This document shows, piece by piece, positions 7,998-17,316 of a DNA stretch of 56,118 bases (position 1 is its first letter; every line of letters begins with the position of its first letter). Made by a program: the position numbers and the translations under genes. The notes under the pieces are model-generated. The model did no database searches. It was given only the letters and a program-made list of their open reading frames with translations, and was not told where the DNA came from. The stretch is from a virus (lineage: Duplodnaviria; Caudoviricetes): IMG/VR virus record IMGVR_UViG_3300031949_000046, positions 1 through 56,118 of that record. The stretch is one strand, 5' to 3'.

Positions 7998-10031
7998 TTA
8001 TTTGTGGTCAGCAATCCTGAATAACGTCTCGCCATTTGAAGCCGGTTCTTTGATTAAATCTCCGCAATCGACCGCATCTTTTACAAGCCGTCTAAAGGTT
8101 TGGTCTTTGAGCCCAACCGACAATGCATCACGTAAGGCTTGATTAAATGGACGCCCGACTAACCCTCCTTTCTGGAAAACACATTCAATATCTTTAAACC
8201 CATACTTTGGTGGGCGTCCCATATTTTGATTTTTTGGAACAGCCTTACAAGAGACATGCCTGCCCTCCATATCTGACCATTGGAAAGCTACTCCATCTGA
8301 TTCTGTTATAGGGGCTTTGCGCTGTTTCTCTGAAGTAACCACTGTGATTTCGCCGGTCTTTTTCAAAAGTAGGTTTGATTCAGCTTTTCGGGTGAGTTGT
8401 TTCCCGAGGTGCCCGCGTCCGTCGTCGCCTGTCTTTACTCCTTCGTTTGAGTGGATGACACAGATCACCGGGCAGTCATATGTGACCGATATTTCCCGTA
8501 TCCATCCGACAAGTTGATTGCATTCAGCCTCGTCATTTACTGAGGAAGCGAAGTCGGCAATGCCATCCAAAATAAGCATAAACACGCCACCGTGCTTTGC
8601 TTTGGCTTTTTCGAGTACATAGACCAAGCCCTTTTTCAGCTTTTCAACCGCGTACCCGACGAACGCATAATGGCAGAGCCAGTCCATATCGTCTTTCTGC
8701 TGGGCTCGCGATAAGGCTCGCTGGTGACAAGTAAAGGCATCGTATAGCGCCTGCTCAGTGTCGATCATCACGACCGCCTCTTTAGTATGGGGAGATGTAA
8801 AGCCAAAAGTATCTAAGCCTGATCGGTCGTGGTGGGCGGCGATAATAGCTGCGACTGCGGCCCCAATCGTAGCCGTCTTACCGGTCTTGGCGCGGCTAAT
8901 CAGCGTCGTTATATTCCCAGGGGTGCAAATCGGCTTGCCGGCTAAGAATAACCGGGTGATTGGCTCTGGCGGGGCTAACGCAATGGTTACACGCCGGCTG
9001 TCGATATCTTTAGCGAACTCATCCACGGTTTCGGGGGGGTTATCAGCTTTGGGTTCTCCCCGGACATCTTTAATCATTTTATCAAGCGGTAGCATCGGAG
9101 CCGGCTTATTGTGTTGTTTACCAAAGCCACGCTCCCCTAGTTTTTTTGCCGCAGCTTTAAAGTCCCCACCGCATTCCAATAGCGCGTAAATGTGCCACGG
9201 GTGGTAAACCTTGCCTGTTTTAAATTCAGTGGATGAAGAGAAGCAGAAAAAAGTCCTTGGGAATTTCTCCACCTTGTCCCATGTCGCTGATATTCCATCT
9301 GTTTTATCTGGTCTGCGCCATCCATTCCTTCCGACCTTTGACCAGCCTTTGTTGAGAAGCACATTTTCCCAGTCGCCGCGTTCATTGTACTCATCGCCGG
9401 GCGATGTTCCGGTTCCTGTCCCATTTGTGTACTGCTGTGGGGTAGGCTTAAATTCAGTTACTGGAGGCGGGTAGGGGATGACCTCGGCATCGTCGGCGAT
9501 AAATATCTCCGGGTCATGGCTGACGTAGCAGATTCTGGATACGTTGTCGCAGGCCCCGTCGATCTCCAGACCGAACCGCTCCATCATAAACTGCTCGGCG
9601 GCGATAAAAGACTCTTTCTTGTGATCCTTGGTCGGGTCAACCTTCAGGACTACTTTCAACCCGGTTCCGGTTGGGCTCCTGAACGCGGCTAAGACATGCG
9701 GATCGGCGCATACCTGCTCTTTAATATTGTCAACCGCTGCGCCAAGGTGGTCGAGGTCGCAGCAGAGTAGCCCAGAGTGCTGGATAAGTTGGTCGTCAGC
9801 GCGCTGCTTGAATGTGCCGGAGAAGAGGAAGCCAGGGAGCCGGAGTTTAAGGGGTGCCGTAGCGGCCTTGCCATCTTCACCTCCGCCGTTCGCGTCATAT
9901 ACCTCCCTAATTCTAGCAACTTCCTTTGCCCAGCGATTGCTGCCGATGTCTTTTAGGGCCTGATTCAAATCAATCGGCGTCGTGTCGGTGGCCTTCCCGT
10001 AAGGGATCATTGAGATGGTGGAGTTATTCAT
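7998..10031 (-). CDS. primase-helicase (VirE-N/BT4734-like primase domain plus RecA/AAA_25 helicase)
   Basis: KLRLPGFLFSGTF...HSGLLCCDLDH...FRSPTGTGLKV...D..RICYVSHDP; Walker A SRAKTGKT, IDTEQ, LILDGIAD, VIH, RGHLG. Confidence 0.88.
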   Translation of the reverse strand: MNNSTISMIPYGKATDTTPIDLNQALKDIGSNRWAKEVARIREVYDANGGGEDGKAATAPLKLRLPGFLFSGTFKQRADDQLIQHSGLLCCDLDHLGAAVDNIKEQVCADPHVLAAFRSPTGTGLKVVLKVDPTKDHKKESFIAAEQFMMERFGLEIDGACDNVSRICYVSHDPEIFIADDAEVIPYPPPVTEFKPTPQQYTNGTGTGTSPGDEYNERGDWENVLLNKGWSKVGRNGWRRPDKTDGISATWDKVEKFPRTFFCFSSSTEFKTGKVYHPWHIYALLECGGDFKAAAKKLGERGFGKQHNKPAPMLPLDKMIKDVRGEPKADNPPETVDEFAKDIDSRRVTIALAPPEPITRLFLAGKPICTPGNITTLISRAKTGKTATIGAAVAAIIAAHHDRSGLDTFGFTSPHTKEAVVMIDTEQALYDAFTCHQRALSRAQQKDDMDWLCHYAFVGYAVEKLKKGLVYVLEKAKAKHGGVFMLILDGIADFASSVNDEAECNQLVGWIREISVTYDCPVICVIHSNEGVKTGDDGRGHLGKQLTRKAESNLLLKKTGEITVVTSEKQRKAPITESDGVAFQWSDMEGRHVSCKAVPKNQNMGRPPKYGFKDIECVFQKGGLVGRPFNQALRDALSVGLKDQTFRRLVKDAVDCGDLIKEPASNGETLFRIADHK

Positions 10032-10344
10032 GGGGTATCCAGTCCTTGTGTATCCGGGTATGGCAGTCGCGGCAGACCGCTATGAGTTCAAAAAGCAACT
10101 CGTCAAAAATATGGTCGTAGGTTAGGTGGTGGACATCCTCGGCCTGCTTGTGCCCACATCCCTTGCATTGATACTGGTCACGGGTCATCACCACATCATC
10201 CTTGTCTTTCAGCAACCACACCTTGGGCTGCACATAATCTCCAACGATTAATCCGCCGCATAACACGAGGTGGAGGTTTGATTTGTCAGTCAGTTCTGCG
10301 CACGATTTGCAGAGCGTTGGCTTGGGTGGTTGTTGCTCGTTCAC
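10024..10344 (-). CDS. HNH endonuclease
   Basis: RDQYQCKGCG...DVHHLTY...LIAVCRDCHTRIH. Confidence 0.85.
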   Translation of the reverse strand: MNEQQPPKPTLCKSCAELTDKSNLHLVLCGGLIVGDYVQPKVWLLKDKDDVVMTRDQYQCKGCGHKQAEDVHHLTYDHIFDELLFELIAVCRDCHTRIHKDWIPHE

Positions 10345-10671
10345 GTCAGTCTATTCATAAAAAGATTGGTTCGGGGTAAGTTAAACGGTGTTCGGTAAAA
10401 AATAGGCCCCCTCACCAACGGGCGTCGAAACTCGTCCACGGTTTTAAGGCAGATCGCCACGCATAGCGCAGCAGCGTCGGTGAGGGAGAAGTGAAAAGAC
10501 GGGTGTACATGGGTGTGAGTTCGACGCTCAACTAAACTCACATAAATTTTACGCTAAATGTAAAGTGTGAATGTCACAAATAGACGACAAAAACAAAAAA
10601 CAACTTATACCTGCGCAAAAATCAGGCGCAAAAAAAACCCGACGACTCTCGCGAGCTACCGGGATTAGTAA

Positions 10672-10914
10672 TTATTCCACAACCGTTGCCCAGTTAACCG
10701 CCATAAAATCTTCCAAGTGGCGAGCGTCGTCGCCCATGGTTGGCCTACCCTTTTGTTTTGCGGCAGCGCGGCTCATATTGATACAGTCATGAACGGTGGC
10801 GCGAAGTTCGATATGCGCGGTAAGTTCGTTGCCTTCGGGTCCGCAGGCGGTGAACGGTTGGGCCCAGACAAGTTTGAGCGTCATGCGCTGCTCCAGCATT
10901 TCGTCGGTGATCAC
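10672..10914 (-). CDS. hypothetical protein
   Basis: 80-aa ORF; GTGA overlap with the upstream gene. Confidence 0.65.
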   Translation of the reverse strand: MITDEMLEQRMTLKLVWAQPFTACGPEGNELTAHIELRATVHDCINMSRAAAKQKGRPTMGDDARHLEDFMAVNWATVVE

Positions 10915-11117
10915 GGTGATGCCTCGACCTTGCCTGAGCGATAACTTGCCTGCATGTGGTACGCGATAATAACCATCCTGCTCCAGTCATAGGTCCCTTT
11001 TTTAAGTTGCTCAGGCATAAGGTCGAGGTCGTACAGCAGGCTTTGGGTTAGCAGGTCTTCGTTGATCCATTCCAAAGTCGCAGCCTCCGCCTCTTCGTTT
11101 GTTTTTGGCAGGCTCAT
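10911..11117 (-). CDS. hypothetical protein
   Basis: probable start MSLPKT at 11117 (ATGA overlap). Confidence 0.65.
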   Translation of the reverse strand: MSLPKTNEEAEAATLEWINEDLLTQSLLYDLDLMPEQLKKGTYDWSRMVIIAYHMQASYRSGKVEASP

Positions 11118-11407
11118 GATTTTTCCTCCCATTTATCGCACAGATAATCCCAGCGTGTGGCGTGTTTGGCTATTGGGCATTCACCCCAGAATCCGCCTGT
11201 ATCCAGCCAGTATGCAGCAGTTGATTGTGTGCCTTTCCAGTGTTTGCACTCAGCGCACTTAGCGTTAAGTGGAGGCTCGATTTGTTTTTCAATTACGAGC
11301 GATGGAAACTCCTGGGCCGGGCAGGTCGCCTGGTGCGTGCCGTCAGTGCGACCACAGTCGTGGCAGATTTTGGCCAGTGTCAGGCCGGGGGTGATTTTTA
11401 GGATCAT
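11114..11407 (-). CDS. Cys-rich hypothetical protein
   Basis: CHDC, CAECKHW, WGECP...CDKWE motifs; start MILKIT. Confidence 0.7.
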   Translation of the reverse strand: MILKITPGLTLAKICHDCGRTDGTHQATCPAQEFPSLVIEKQIEPPLNAKCAECKHWKGTQSTAAYWLDTGGFWGECPIAKHATRWDYLCDKWEEKS

Positions 11408-11460
11408 GGCGTATTCTCCCAGCCCGGCAGCACGCGGTTTAGCAGCGCCACCCATCGAAG

Positions 11461-11685
11461 TTAAGGCCGCACACAGCCGGGAAGCGCCTTCCCAAGCAGT
11501 TTAATAACCTTGGCCTTGCCGCGTTTATTCACCTCGCGGGCGACGGCGAGAGCATATAGCGAATATCTCTTCTTGGTCAGCGTCGGCAACTCATCCCAAG
11601 TCGCGTGTGCATAAAACTTATAAGTGAAATTTTTTGTCACAGCCTCATACGCGATCTGCCCGAGCGGTTTTGGTTTAGTATTCAA
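11461..11685 (-). CDS. hypothetical protein (GQIAYEA motif)
   Basis: PLGQIAYEA...WDELP motif; likely TTG start; possibly truncated by a premature TAA. Confidence 0.6.
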   Translation of the reverse strand: MNTKPKPLGQIAYEAVTKNFTYKFYAHATWDELPTLTKKRYSLYALAVAREVNKRGKAKVIKLLGKALPGCVRP

Positions 11686-11854
11686 AGTTAGAAAAGCGTG
11701 TCGCAGGAAGGCGGATAATTTCACCGACATTTCCTGATAATTTATAGGGCAGTTCTTTCATGGTTTTCTCGATTATTTTTTTGCGCGCATCCAGCTTCGT
11801 CTCATCGTACTCGATGGTGAATGGCACGCTAACGTAAATGGTTTCGGTTTTCAT
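11675..11854 (-). CDS. small hypothetical protein (59 aa), absent from track
   Basis: MKTETIYVSVPFTIEYDETKLDARKKIIEK...; ATGA overlap with the upstream gene. Confidence 0.55.
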   Translation of the reverse strand: MKTETIYVSVPFTIEYDETKLDARKKIIEKTMKELPYKLSGNVGEIIRLPATRFSNFEY

Positions 11855-12024
11855 TTTTTATTCCACTTTTTCTTACACGCCTTACATGTCACGTTCCTCC
11901 ATTGCCACGCGCCCTCTAGTTTGCTTAATTCTTTACCGCCATAAAGGCATTTTCTATTCCAGCGGTCGTCTTTTGCTCCACAGTAATAAACCTCGCTTTG
12001 TGGGTATATTTTATGAATTTTCAT
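11851..12024 (-). CDS. small Zn-finger protein
   Basis: start MKIHKI at 12024; YCG...VTCKACKK. Confidence 0.6.
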   Translation of the reverse strand: MKIHKIYPQSEVYYCGAKDDRWNRKCLYGGKELSKLEGAWQWRNVTCKACKKKWNKK

Positions 12025-12218
12025 TTCAGTAAAGCCTCGGCGGCGAGTTTGCGGGTTTTGTAAGTAAGCGTAGTCCGGTTGTTCATCCACAAAATACGGC
12101 GGTGTCCCATGTGAGTAGGATAAACCTCACCGCGCAACAGCATAAAATCACGCTGTTTTACGGTCCATACGGAATAGACGCGGGTTTTGGTTTTGGATTT
12201 TGAAAATCTTATTTTCAT
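12021..12218 (-). CDS. hypothetical protein
   Basis: 65 aa; ATGA-coupled chain. Confidence 0.6.
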   Translation of the reverse strand: MKIRFSKSKTKTRVYSVWTVKQRDFMLLRGEVYPTHMGHRRILWMNNRTTLTYKTRKLAAEALLK

Positions 12219-12520
12219 GTCTTCATTGTCCGTGCAATGGCCTTGAGTTCATCGGTGTTCAAAGACCAATGGTTAGTTCCTGCTTTTGCACAGTAGTCGA
12301 AAATAGCTTCGTCCTCGGTGTCGCCACCACCGAAATGATTGGAGTGTTGGAGTCCGGTTTCTTTGCGGCAAACCCAACGCGGAACAATGTCGCCTGTTTC
12401 TGGCACCTCCATCCCGACCCATTCGGCAGCAGTTTTGAACGTGCAGAGTTTTTCATTCTGCAACCACGCGAGACGAGGGCTCAGGCTTCTGGCTTCGGGG
12501 AACATGTCGTCTGTGGTCAT
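12215..12520 (-). CDS. hypothetical protein
   Basis: 101 aa; ATGA-coupled chain. Confidence 0.7.
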   Translation of the reverse strand: MTTDDMFPEARSLSPRLAWLQNEKLCTFKTAAEWVGMEVPETGDIVPRWVCRKETGLQHSNHFGGGDTEDEAIFDYCAKAGTNHWSLNTDELKAIARTMKT

Positions 12521-12744
12521 TTCTTACTCCTATTAATCCTGCCAAGGATCGACCCTGGCGTGGTGTGGTGTTTTTCTGCTGTACGAGAGAGTGAGCCCCA
12601 AGGTTTGGGAGAGGAGATTGCTTGGTAGGCTTTGACGGCGGCGGTGACGTTGGGCATGTTGGGGTGGCGTCCGGCGTCTTGGCGCACTGTGATTAACACG
12701 CCTTCGCGTCGGATTTGGTCGCGGTCTATGCGGGGGAGGATCAT
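12517..12744 (-). CDS. small protein with possible HTH
   Basis: SLSRTAEKHHTTPGSILGRI resembles an HTH; ATGA-coupled. Confidence 0.55.
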   Translation of the reverse strand: MILPRIDRDQIRREGVLITVRQDAGRHPNMPNVTAAVKAYQAISSPKPWGSLSRTAEKHHTTPGSILGRINRSKK

Positions 12745-13028
12745 GATACAGGCGTAAGCTTATCACGAAGGGTGGCGCTTTCTTTAAGCATCCTCTTCCT
12801 GTCGGCCTTACTGGCGCGTTGGAATTGCAAAACCTCTTGGTCGTATTCAATGTGCGTGGCGTTTTTAAGTTCGCGCTGGAACCAAGTTATCCATGCCTCT
12901 GTTTTGAAATCATCCCCGTTGCGATGAACAACAAGCCCGCCACCTGATTTAGTGTTCATGAAATTAATAGCCCATGACACACAGGCCGCAAGTGCGGCGA
13001 TTTTCTCCTCGTCCGTCTTGCTTTTCAT
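12741..13028 (-). CDS. hypothetical protein
   Basis: 95 aa; ATGA-coupled. Confidence 0.7.
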   Translation of the reverse strand: MKSKTDEEKIAALAACVSWAINFMNTKSGGGLVVHRNGDDFKTEAWITWFQRELKNATHIEYDQEVLQFQRASKADRKRMLKESATLRDKLTPVS

Positions 13029-13432
13029 TTAGCCTCCTTATCTATTGGCCGCTCCAAGCGCCCCATAGCATCTTTGATGGCATCTCTGTAGGTGTCCCCT
13101 TCGCCAATGCAGCTCCATCCATTGTGGCCATGCGAGAGGTCTGGGATCATAACTTTAGCATAAGGAAGCGATCCTTCGTCTTCGGTGTATGGACGGACGT
13201 ATGCGCTATATTTTTCCAGCCAATCCAGCATGGTTTTATCTGGAAGGAAGGAATCAACATGTTCGCGAATGTCTGCCGCACAGGCGCGCATGTTCTCACG
13301 GTATTGTTCCCGTGTCACAAACTCCTTGCGGGGTCCGGCGATCATGTGAACCAAGTGAAGCTCTTCGCTCGTTGCGTCTTCAGCCGTGGTGTTGCTCCAC
13401 CCGGCGCGTTCTGTGTTTGGGTATTTGTCCAT
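13025..13432 (-). CDS. hypothetical protein
   Basis: 135 aa; first gene of the leftward replication operon. Confidence 0.7.
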   Translation of the reverse strand: MDKYPNTERAGWSNTTAEDATSEELHLVHMIAGPRKEFVTREQYRENMRACAADIREHVDSFLPDKTMLDWLEKYSAYVRPYTEDEGSLPYAKVMIPDLSHGHNGWSCIGEGDTYRDAIKDAMGRLERPIDKEAK

Positions 13433-13538
13433 CCCCCACGTTCTGGTCGCGAGAAAAAATTAAGCAAGCATAAATAACCAAAAAGGTGAAAATAGTTATT
13501 GACGCTAGGCAAGATTAGATACTTGCTCTTGGCTCAAG

Positions 13539-13724
13539 ATGACAAAAACAACCAAGATGCCGCGCCGAACGCTTTCATTTCCGCCCGATACGGAGAAATA
13601 CTTCAAGGCTTTTATGAAGGACAAGAAATCCAGATCATTTCAAGTCGGGTTCGAGGAGTTAGTTTCAACCCATGCAGTCATGAAAAAGTCATGGGACATG
13701 GCGCGGGCCAATGAAGCGAAATAA
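13539..13724 (+). CDS. putative ribbon-helix-helix regulator
   Basis: RRTLSFPPDTEKYF strand-helix pattern; first gene of a divergent operon. Confidence 0.45.
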   Translation: MTKTTKMPRRTLSFPPDTEKYFKAFMKDKKSRSFQVGFEELVSTHAVMKKSWDMARANEAK

Positions 13725-13728
13725 TCTT

Positions 13729-13956
13729 ATGAGCAAAACCTACAAATCAAAATCCAAGAGAACGTGCGAAGTATTCCGCCCTGCGACTGGCTATAACCCA
13801 AAAGACTGCAACCCGCCGTCGTGGTTCTTCCGCGTAAAGCGCCGCGAGAACGGCGAGATTATCGCCCAGTCCGAGGGCTACTCCCGCCGCATCGACTGCA
13901 TCAACACCGCCAAGCTCGTCACAGGCGGAAGTCTGAAAATTACGGTGATTAAATAA
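13729..13956 (+). CDS. YegP/DUF1508-like protein
   Basis: WFFRVKRRENGEIIAQSEGYSRRIDC. Confidence 0.75.
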   Translation: MSKTYKSKSKRTCEVFRPATGYNPKDCNPPSWFFRVKRRENGEIIAQSEGYSRRIDCINTAKLVTGGSLKITVIK

Positions 13957-13958
13957 TC

Positions 13959-14162
13959 ATGAAGAAAGAAGAGCATATGCAAGAATCTGCGCGAATAGGA
14001 AGGGCTTTATGGGCTCTCCAAAATTTCGATCAGCTTCCAAGGCGTGCAAGTAAAAAGGCACAAATCGAGGCTTTGTTGGCGGATAAACGCTGGCAAGATG
14101 ACCACGCTAACGAAATAGCGAAACGAATCGACCGGCTGATCGGTCAGATCGAATATAGCTGA
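13959..14162 (+). CDS. hypothetical protein
   Basis: 67-aa ORF in the operon. Confidence 0.6.
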   Translation: MKKEEHMQESARIGRALWALQNFDQLPRRASKKAQIEALLADKRWQDDHANEIAKRIDRLIGQIEYS

Positions 14163-14239
14163 ACCATTTTATATCCCACTCCAAATCCAAATCCGAATCC
14201 AAATACACCCCGCATGTCGGGAAGAAACAATAACAACCT

Positions 14240-14563
14240 ATGTCAATAATCCGCTGTAAGCTAAACGTGTCAAAGGTCGAGAAATCCAAACTCTTCAAGG
14301 GCGAGAAAGGTGTGTACATGGACATCACCCTGCTCGAAAACCGCGATGGGCCTGACGAATACGGAAATAATTTCATGGTAGTCCAAGACCTCGGAAAGGA
14401 ATCCCGCGAGGCTGGTGTAAAAAATCCAATTCTAGGCAACGGCAAGTATGTCAGTGGCGGTCCTGCCGCTCCTGCTGCTCGTCAGCCTGCGCCGTCTAGT
14501 TCGTCACAGCCGGCGTTTAAGCAGGAGGCTGCTGCTGCGGCGGAGGATGATTTGGGTTTTTGA
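14240..14563 (+). CDS. single-stranded DNA-binding protein (putative)
   Basis: LNVSKVEKSKLFKGEKGVYMDITL...PILGNGK core, P/A/Q linker, acidic EDDLGF tail. Confidence 0.7.
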   Translation: MSIIRCKLNVSKVEKSKLFKGEKGVYMDITLLENRDGPDEYGNNFMVVQDLGKESREAGVKNPILGNGKYVSGGPAAPAARQPAPSSSSQPAFKQEAAAAAEDDLGF

Positions 14564-14566
14564 TCC

Positions 14567-14911
14567 ATGCGCTTCTCCCGACTACTCAAAACCAAGGCGG
14601 CGAAAAAAGGCCGATACAAATCCATCACGAAAAAACTGGTTGATGGCCGTGAAATGACTTTAGGTGTGGAGCGTTCTAAACGCAGCCGCAAATACAAAAC
14701 CAAACAACTGTTCGATAAACCAATTTTTTTAGATGAGTTACCACACCGAAGGGCCGAAAAAAGAGAACGCGACCGACTCGCCGCCGAATCAGGATCGCTC
14801 GCCACGCGAGATGATCGAGCAGGCGATGGCGGCAACAGTCATGGAGGTGTTACAGCTTCGCCGGACGCTGTGGCTGATCCTGAAGCAAGCGGGCAAGCCG
14901 ATGATAGTTGA
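14567..14911 (+). CDS. basic hypothetical protein
   Basis: starts 3 nt after SSB; overlaps the next ORF by 179 nt. Confidence 0.4.
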   Translation: MRFSRLLKTKAAKKGRYKSITKKLVDGREMTLGVERSKRSRKYKTKQLFDKPIFLDELPHRRAEKRERDRLAAESGSLATRDDRAGDGGNSHGGVTASPDAVADPEASGQADDS

Positions 14912-15212
14912 TGAACGTGAGTGTCATCCCCTCTGGCGAATGAAAGCGACCCGACTTGGTGATGGACGGGCGCAGCTTGAGGCTGTGCAGTTGCCTGATC
15001 CGACTGAAGCGGAGTTAACTCATTTGACTGAGATGCTAAACGGCACGCGTATGGAGCTTGATGCAGCGATGGCGCAGACTCCGCTTAAGGATCATCCGCC
15101 GCAGTATATCCAGATGTGCCTTCATAACCGCGTGCGCCTCGCTGAAAGCGGCTACTGGGTGAACGCAAAGCTGCTGGATATTGGCGACTCGAAACCGTCA
15201 GGAAACAATTAA
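14733..15212 (+). CDS. hypothetical protein
   Basis: 159-aa ORF of globular composition. Confidence 0.7.
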   Translation: MSYHTEGPKKENATDSPPNQDRSPREMIEQAMAATVMEVLQLRRTLWLILKQAGKPMIVDERECHPLWRMKATRLGDGRAQLEAVQLPDPTEAELTHLTEMLNGTRMELDAAMAQTPLKDHPPQYIQMCLHNRVRLAESGYWVNAKLLDIGDSKPSGNN

Positions 15213-15227
15213 CCTAAAACCGCCCCC

Positions 15228-15599
15228 ATGCCACTAGACCGAATACAAGCCAGAAAACTCTGCGGTGCCGCGCAATCCCATTACGGGCGCGGACTGCATT
15301 CTGAGTTTATCAACAAGATCGCCGACCAGCTCAGGGATGCGCTGGACGTGCTTGATTCCAATACGCTCGATGTGACGCGGGCGAAGAACGACTCCGCCAG
15401 GTTGCAGCGCGAACTGGATGAGGAGAAGACACACTATCGGAAGCTTCGGGAGTCGAGCGAGCATGTGCCGGCGATGGTGGATGCGCTGAAGGCGATTGCT
15501 GCCAGCCCGAAAGGTGCGGCCAAGAAGGCGGAGGAGTTGTTGGTTAAAATGGGCCTGTCGGTTGCGCCTACTGAGGCTCAAAAGGTGGTGGTGCCATGA
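15228..15599 (+). CDS. coiled-coil hypothetical protein
   Basis: 123 aa; ATGA overlap with the next gene. Confidence 0.7.
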   Translation: MPLDRIQARKLCGAAQSHYGRGLHSEFINKIADQLRDALDVLDSNTLDVTRAKNDSARLQRELDEEKTHYRKLRESSEHVPAMVDALKAIAASPKGAAKKAEELLVKMGLSVAPTEAQKVVVP

Positions 15600-16243
15600 G
15601 TAATTTGAATTCTAGAATTGCAGCACTGATCCCAACCATGGGCGGTTGGTGTACGGTGCAAAAGGCTCAAGAACTGGCGCTGGCTGTGCTAAAGTCCAAA
15701 GCGCAGGTCGTCGTGGAACTTGGCGTTTTCGAGGGAAGGAGCTGTCTGCCGGTAGCTATGGCACTAAAAGAACAAGGCTCAGGTGTTGTCTGGGCCGTTG
15801 ACCCATGGTCAAACGATGCGGCAAAAGAGGGCTACGATGGAGAAAACGAGAAGTGGTGGGGTTCGATTGATCTTGAGGCTGTGCATCAAAAATTCCTTGG
15901 ACATGTGGAGAAAGCGGGTGTGCAGGATCAGGTTCGCGTGCTACGTCGAAAATCTGACGACGTGATCCCGCCGCATGAGATAGACCTTGTTCATCTCGAC
16001 GGCCAACACACGGATCAAACCATCAAGGATGTTGAGCGATACGCCTCCAAGGTGCGCGTCGGCGGATTTGTATTCGTCGATGACATCCAGTGGCATGGCG
16101 GTGGGGTTGGCCGAGCGGTTGAAAAACTCCTCACGATGGGCTTCGTCAAACTCTTCGACCGCGACACCGGAGCCATGTTTGAGCGCGTGCCGATGAGAAA
16201 GCCTGTGCCAAAGAAGAAGGCTAAAAGGAAGGGGAAGAAGTGA
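15596..16243 (+). CDS. class I SAM-dependent methyltransferase (Methyltransf_24-like)
   Basis: VVELGVFEGRS, WAVDPW, IDLVHLDGQH, VGGFVFVDD. Confidence 0.9.
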   Translation: MSNLNSRIAALIPTMGGWCTVQKAQELALAVLKSKAQVVVELGVFEGRSCLPVAMALKEQGSGVVWAVDPWSNDAAKEGYDGENEKWWGSIDLEAVHQKFLGHVEKAGVQDQVRVLRRKSDDVIPPHEIDLVHLDGQHTDQTIKDVERYASKVRVGGFVFVDDIQWHGGGVGRAVEKLLTMGFVKLFDRDTGAMFERVPMRKPVPKKKAKRKGKK

Positions 16244-17316
16244 TAAGTATCGCCTACATCACCGGGCGCTCCCAGCCTCACTGGGAGTGGTTCGTTCATT
16301 CCTTCTGCGCGCAGACCACGCCTGAACAGCGCAAGCAAACCCAAGTCATTTTCATTGACGGCAAACTCTGGCCCCAGTGCGCGCTTCCAGCTAACGGTGC
16401 GACTGAAATAAATCTGGCTGACCATTTCTATCACGACCCCAAGCGCCGTTACGATCTGGAGATGGTAGTGAATAAACGGTTTCCGTATCTTCATATCCCG
16501 CCTAAGCCAAACGTGCTGCAAGGTCCGTTTAAGCTAACTAAGCGTGATTTTTTCTGCGCTTCAAACACGCGCAATACTGCGATCATTGCAGCGAAGGGCG
16601 ATTACCTCCTGTGTGTCGATGATCTTTCTGTGCTGATGCCAGGATGGATAGACCAAGCCATGCACGCGGCCTCAAGCGGGTACTGCGTTTGCGGCGCGTA
16701 CAAGAAGGTGAAGAATATGTCTGTTATCCCGTATGTGGATCAATACATGGATGACGTGCCGGATAGGAATCCATTGGTGCAGTGCGATGAGTTTAGTGGA
16801 GGCGTTGACTCTCGCTGGTCTCGCGGGGATGATAGCGGTATTGTGCCGTGGAGCGGAGCTGGACTATTCGGCTGCTCATTCGGATTGCCAATCGAAACCG
16901 CGCTGGCGGTCGATGGATTTGAGCCAGCCTGCAATGGCGAAGGTGGGGAGGATTTTGACTTTGGTATTCGAGTTGAGCGATCAGGCATCAAGATTTTCTA
17001 CAACCGGAACATGCTCACGCTGGAATCTGAGGAGGGGCATCACGACGGCGAATCGCTTCCTCGTGAACGGCGGATCGTGAATCGTGACAGGCTGCCGGCT
17101 GGATATGACGCTTACCAAATGCCGAATCAGGCTGAGAAATATTACAGCGATCACGTTTTACTGAACCGGGTTTGCAATGAGACTTCGCGGATAACGCCGA
17201 TCTTGCCGGAAGGGTTGCGGACTATCCGCGAGAGATTTATGATGTTTGGCATGGTGCCGATACCGAGGGGGCCTGCGCTTGACTGGCGCGATAATACACC
17301 GCTGGAACTGTTATGA
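16240..17316 (+). CDS. GT-A fold glycosyltransferase (family 2-like)
   Basis: TRNTAIIAAKGDYLLCVDD, VDGFE, GGEDFDFGIR. Confidence 0.85.
   Translation: MISIAYITGRSQPHWEWFVHSFCAQTTPEQRKQTQVIFIDGKLWPQCALPANGATEINLADHFYHDPKRRYDLEMVVNKRFPYLHIPPKPNVLQGPFKLTKRDFFCASNTRNTAIIAAKGDYLLCVDDLSVLMPGWIDQAMHAASSGYCVCGAYKKVKNMSVIPYVDQYMDDVPDRNPLVQCDEFSGGVDSRWSRGDDSGIVPWSGAGLFGCSFGLPIETALAVDGFEPACNGEGGEDFDFGIRVERSGIKIFYNRNMLTLESEEGHHDGESLPRERRIVNRDRLPAGYDAYQMPNQAEKYYSDHVLLNRVCNETSRITPILPEGLRTIRERFMMFGMVPIPRGPALDWRDNTPLELL

Noticed and set aside
14176-14205. TCCAAA short tandem repeat before the SSB gene
   Set aside because: Only about four imperfect units; consistent with an A/C-rich unstructured leader
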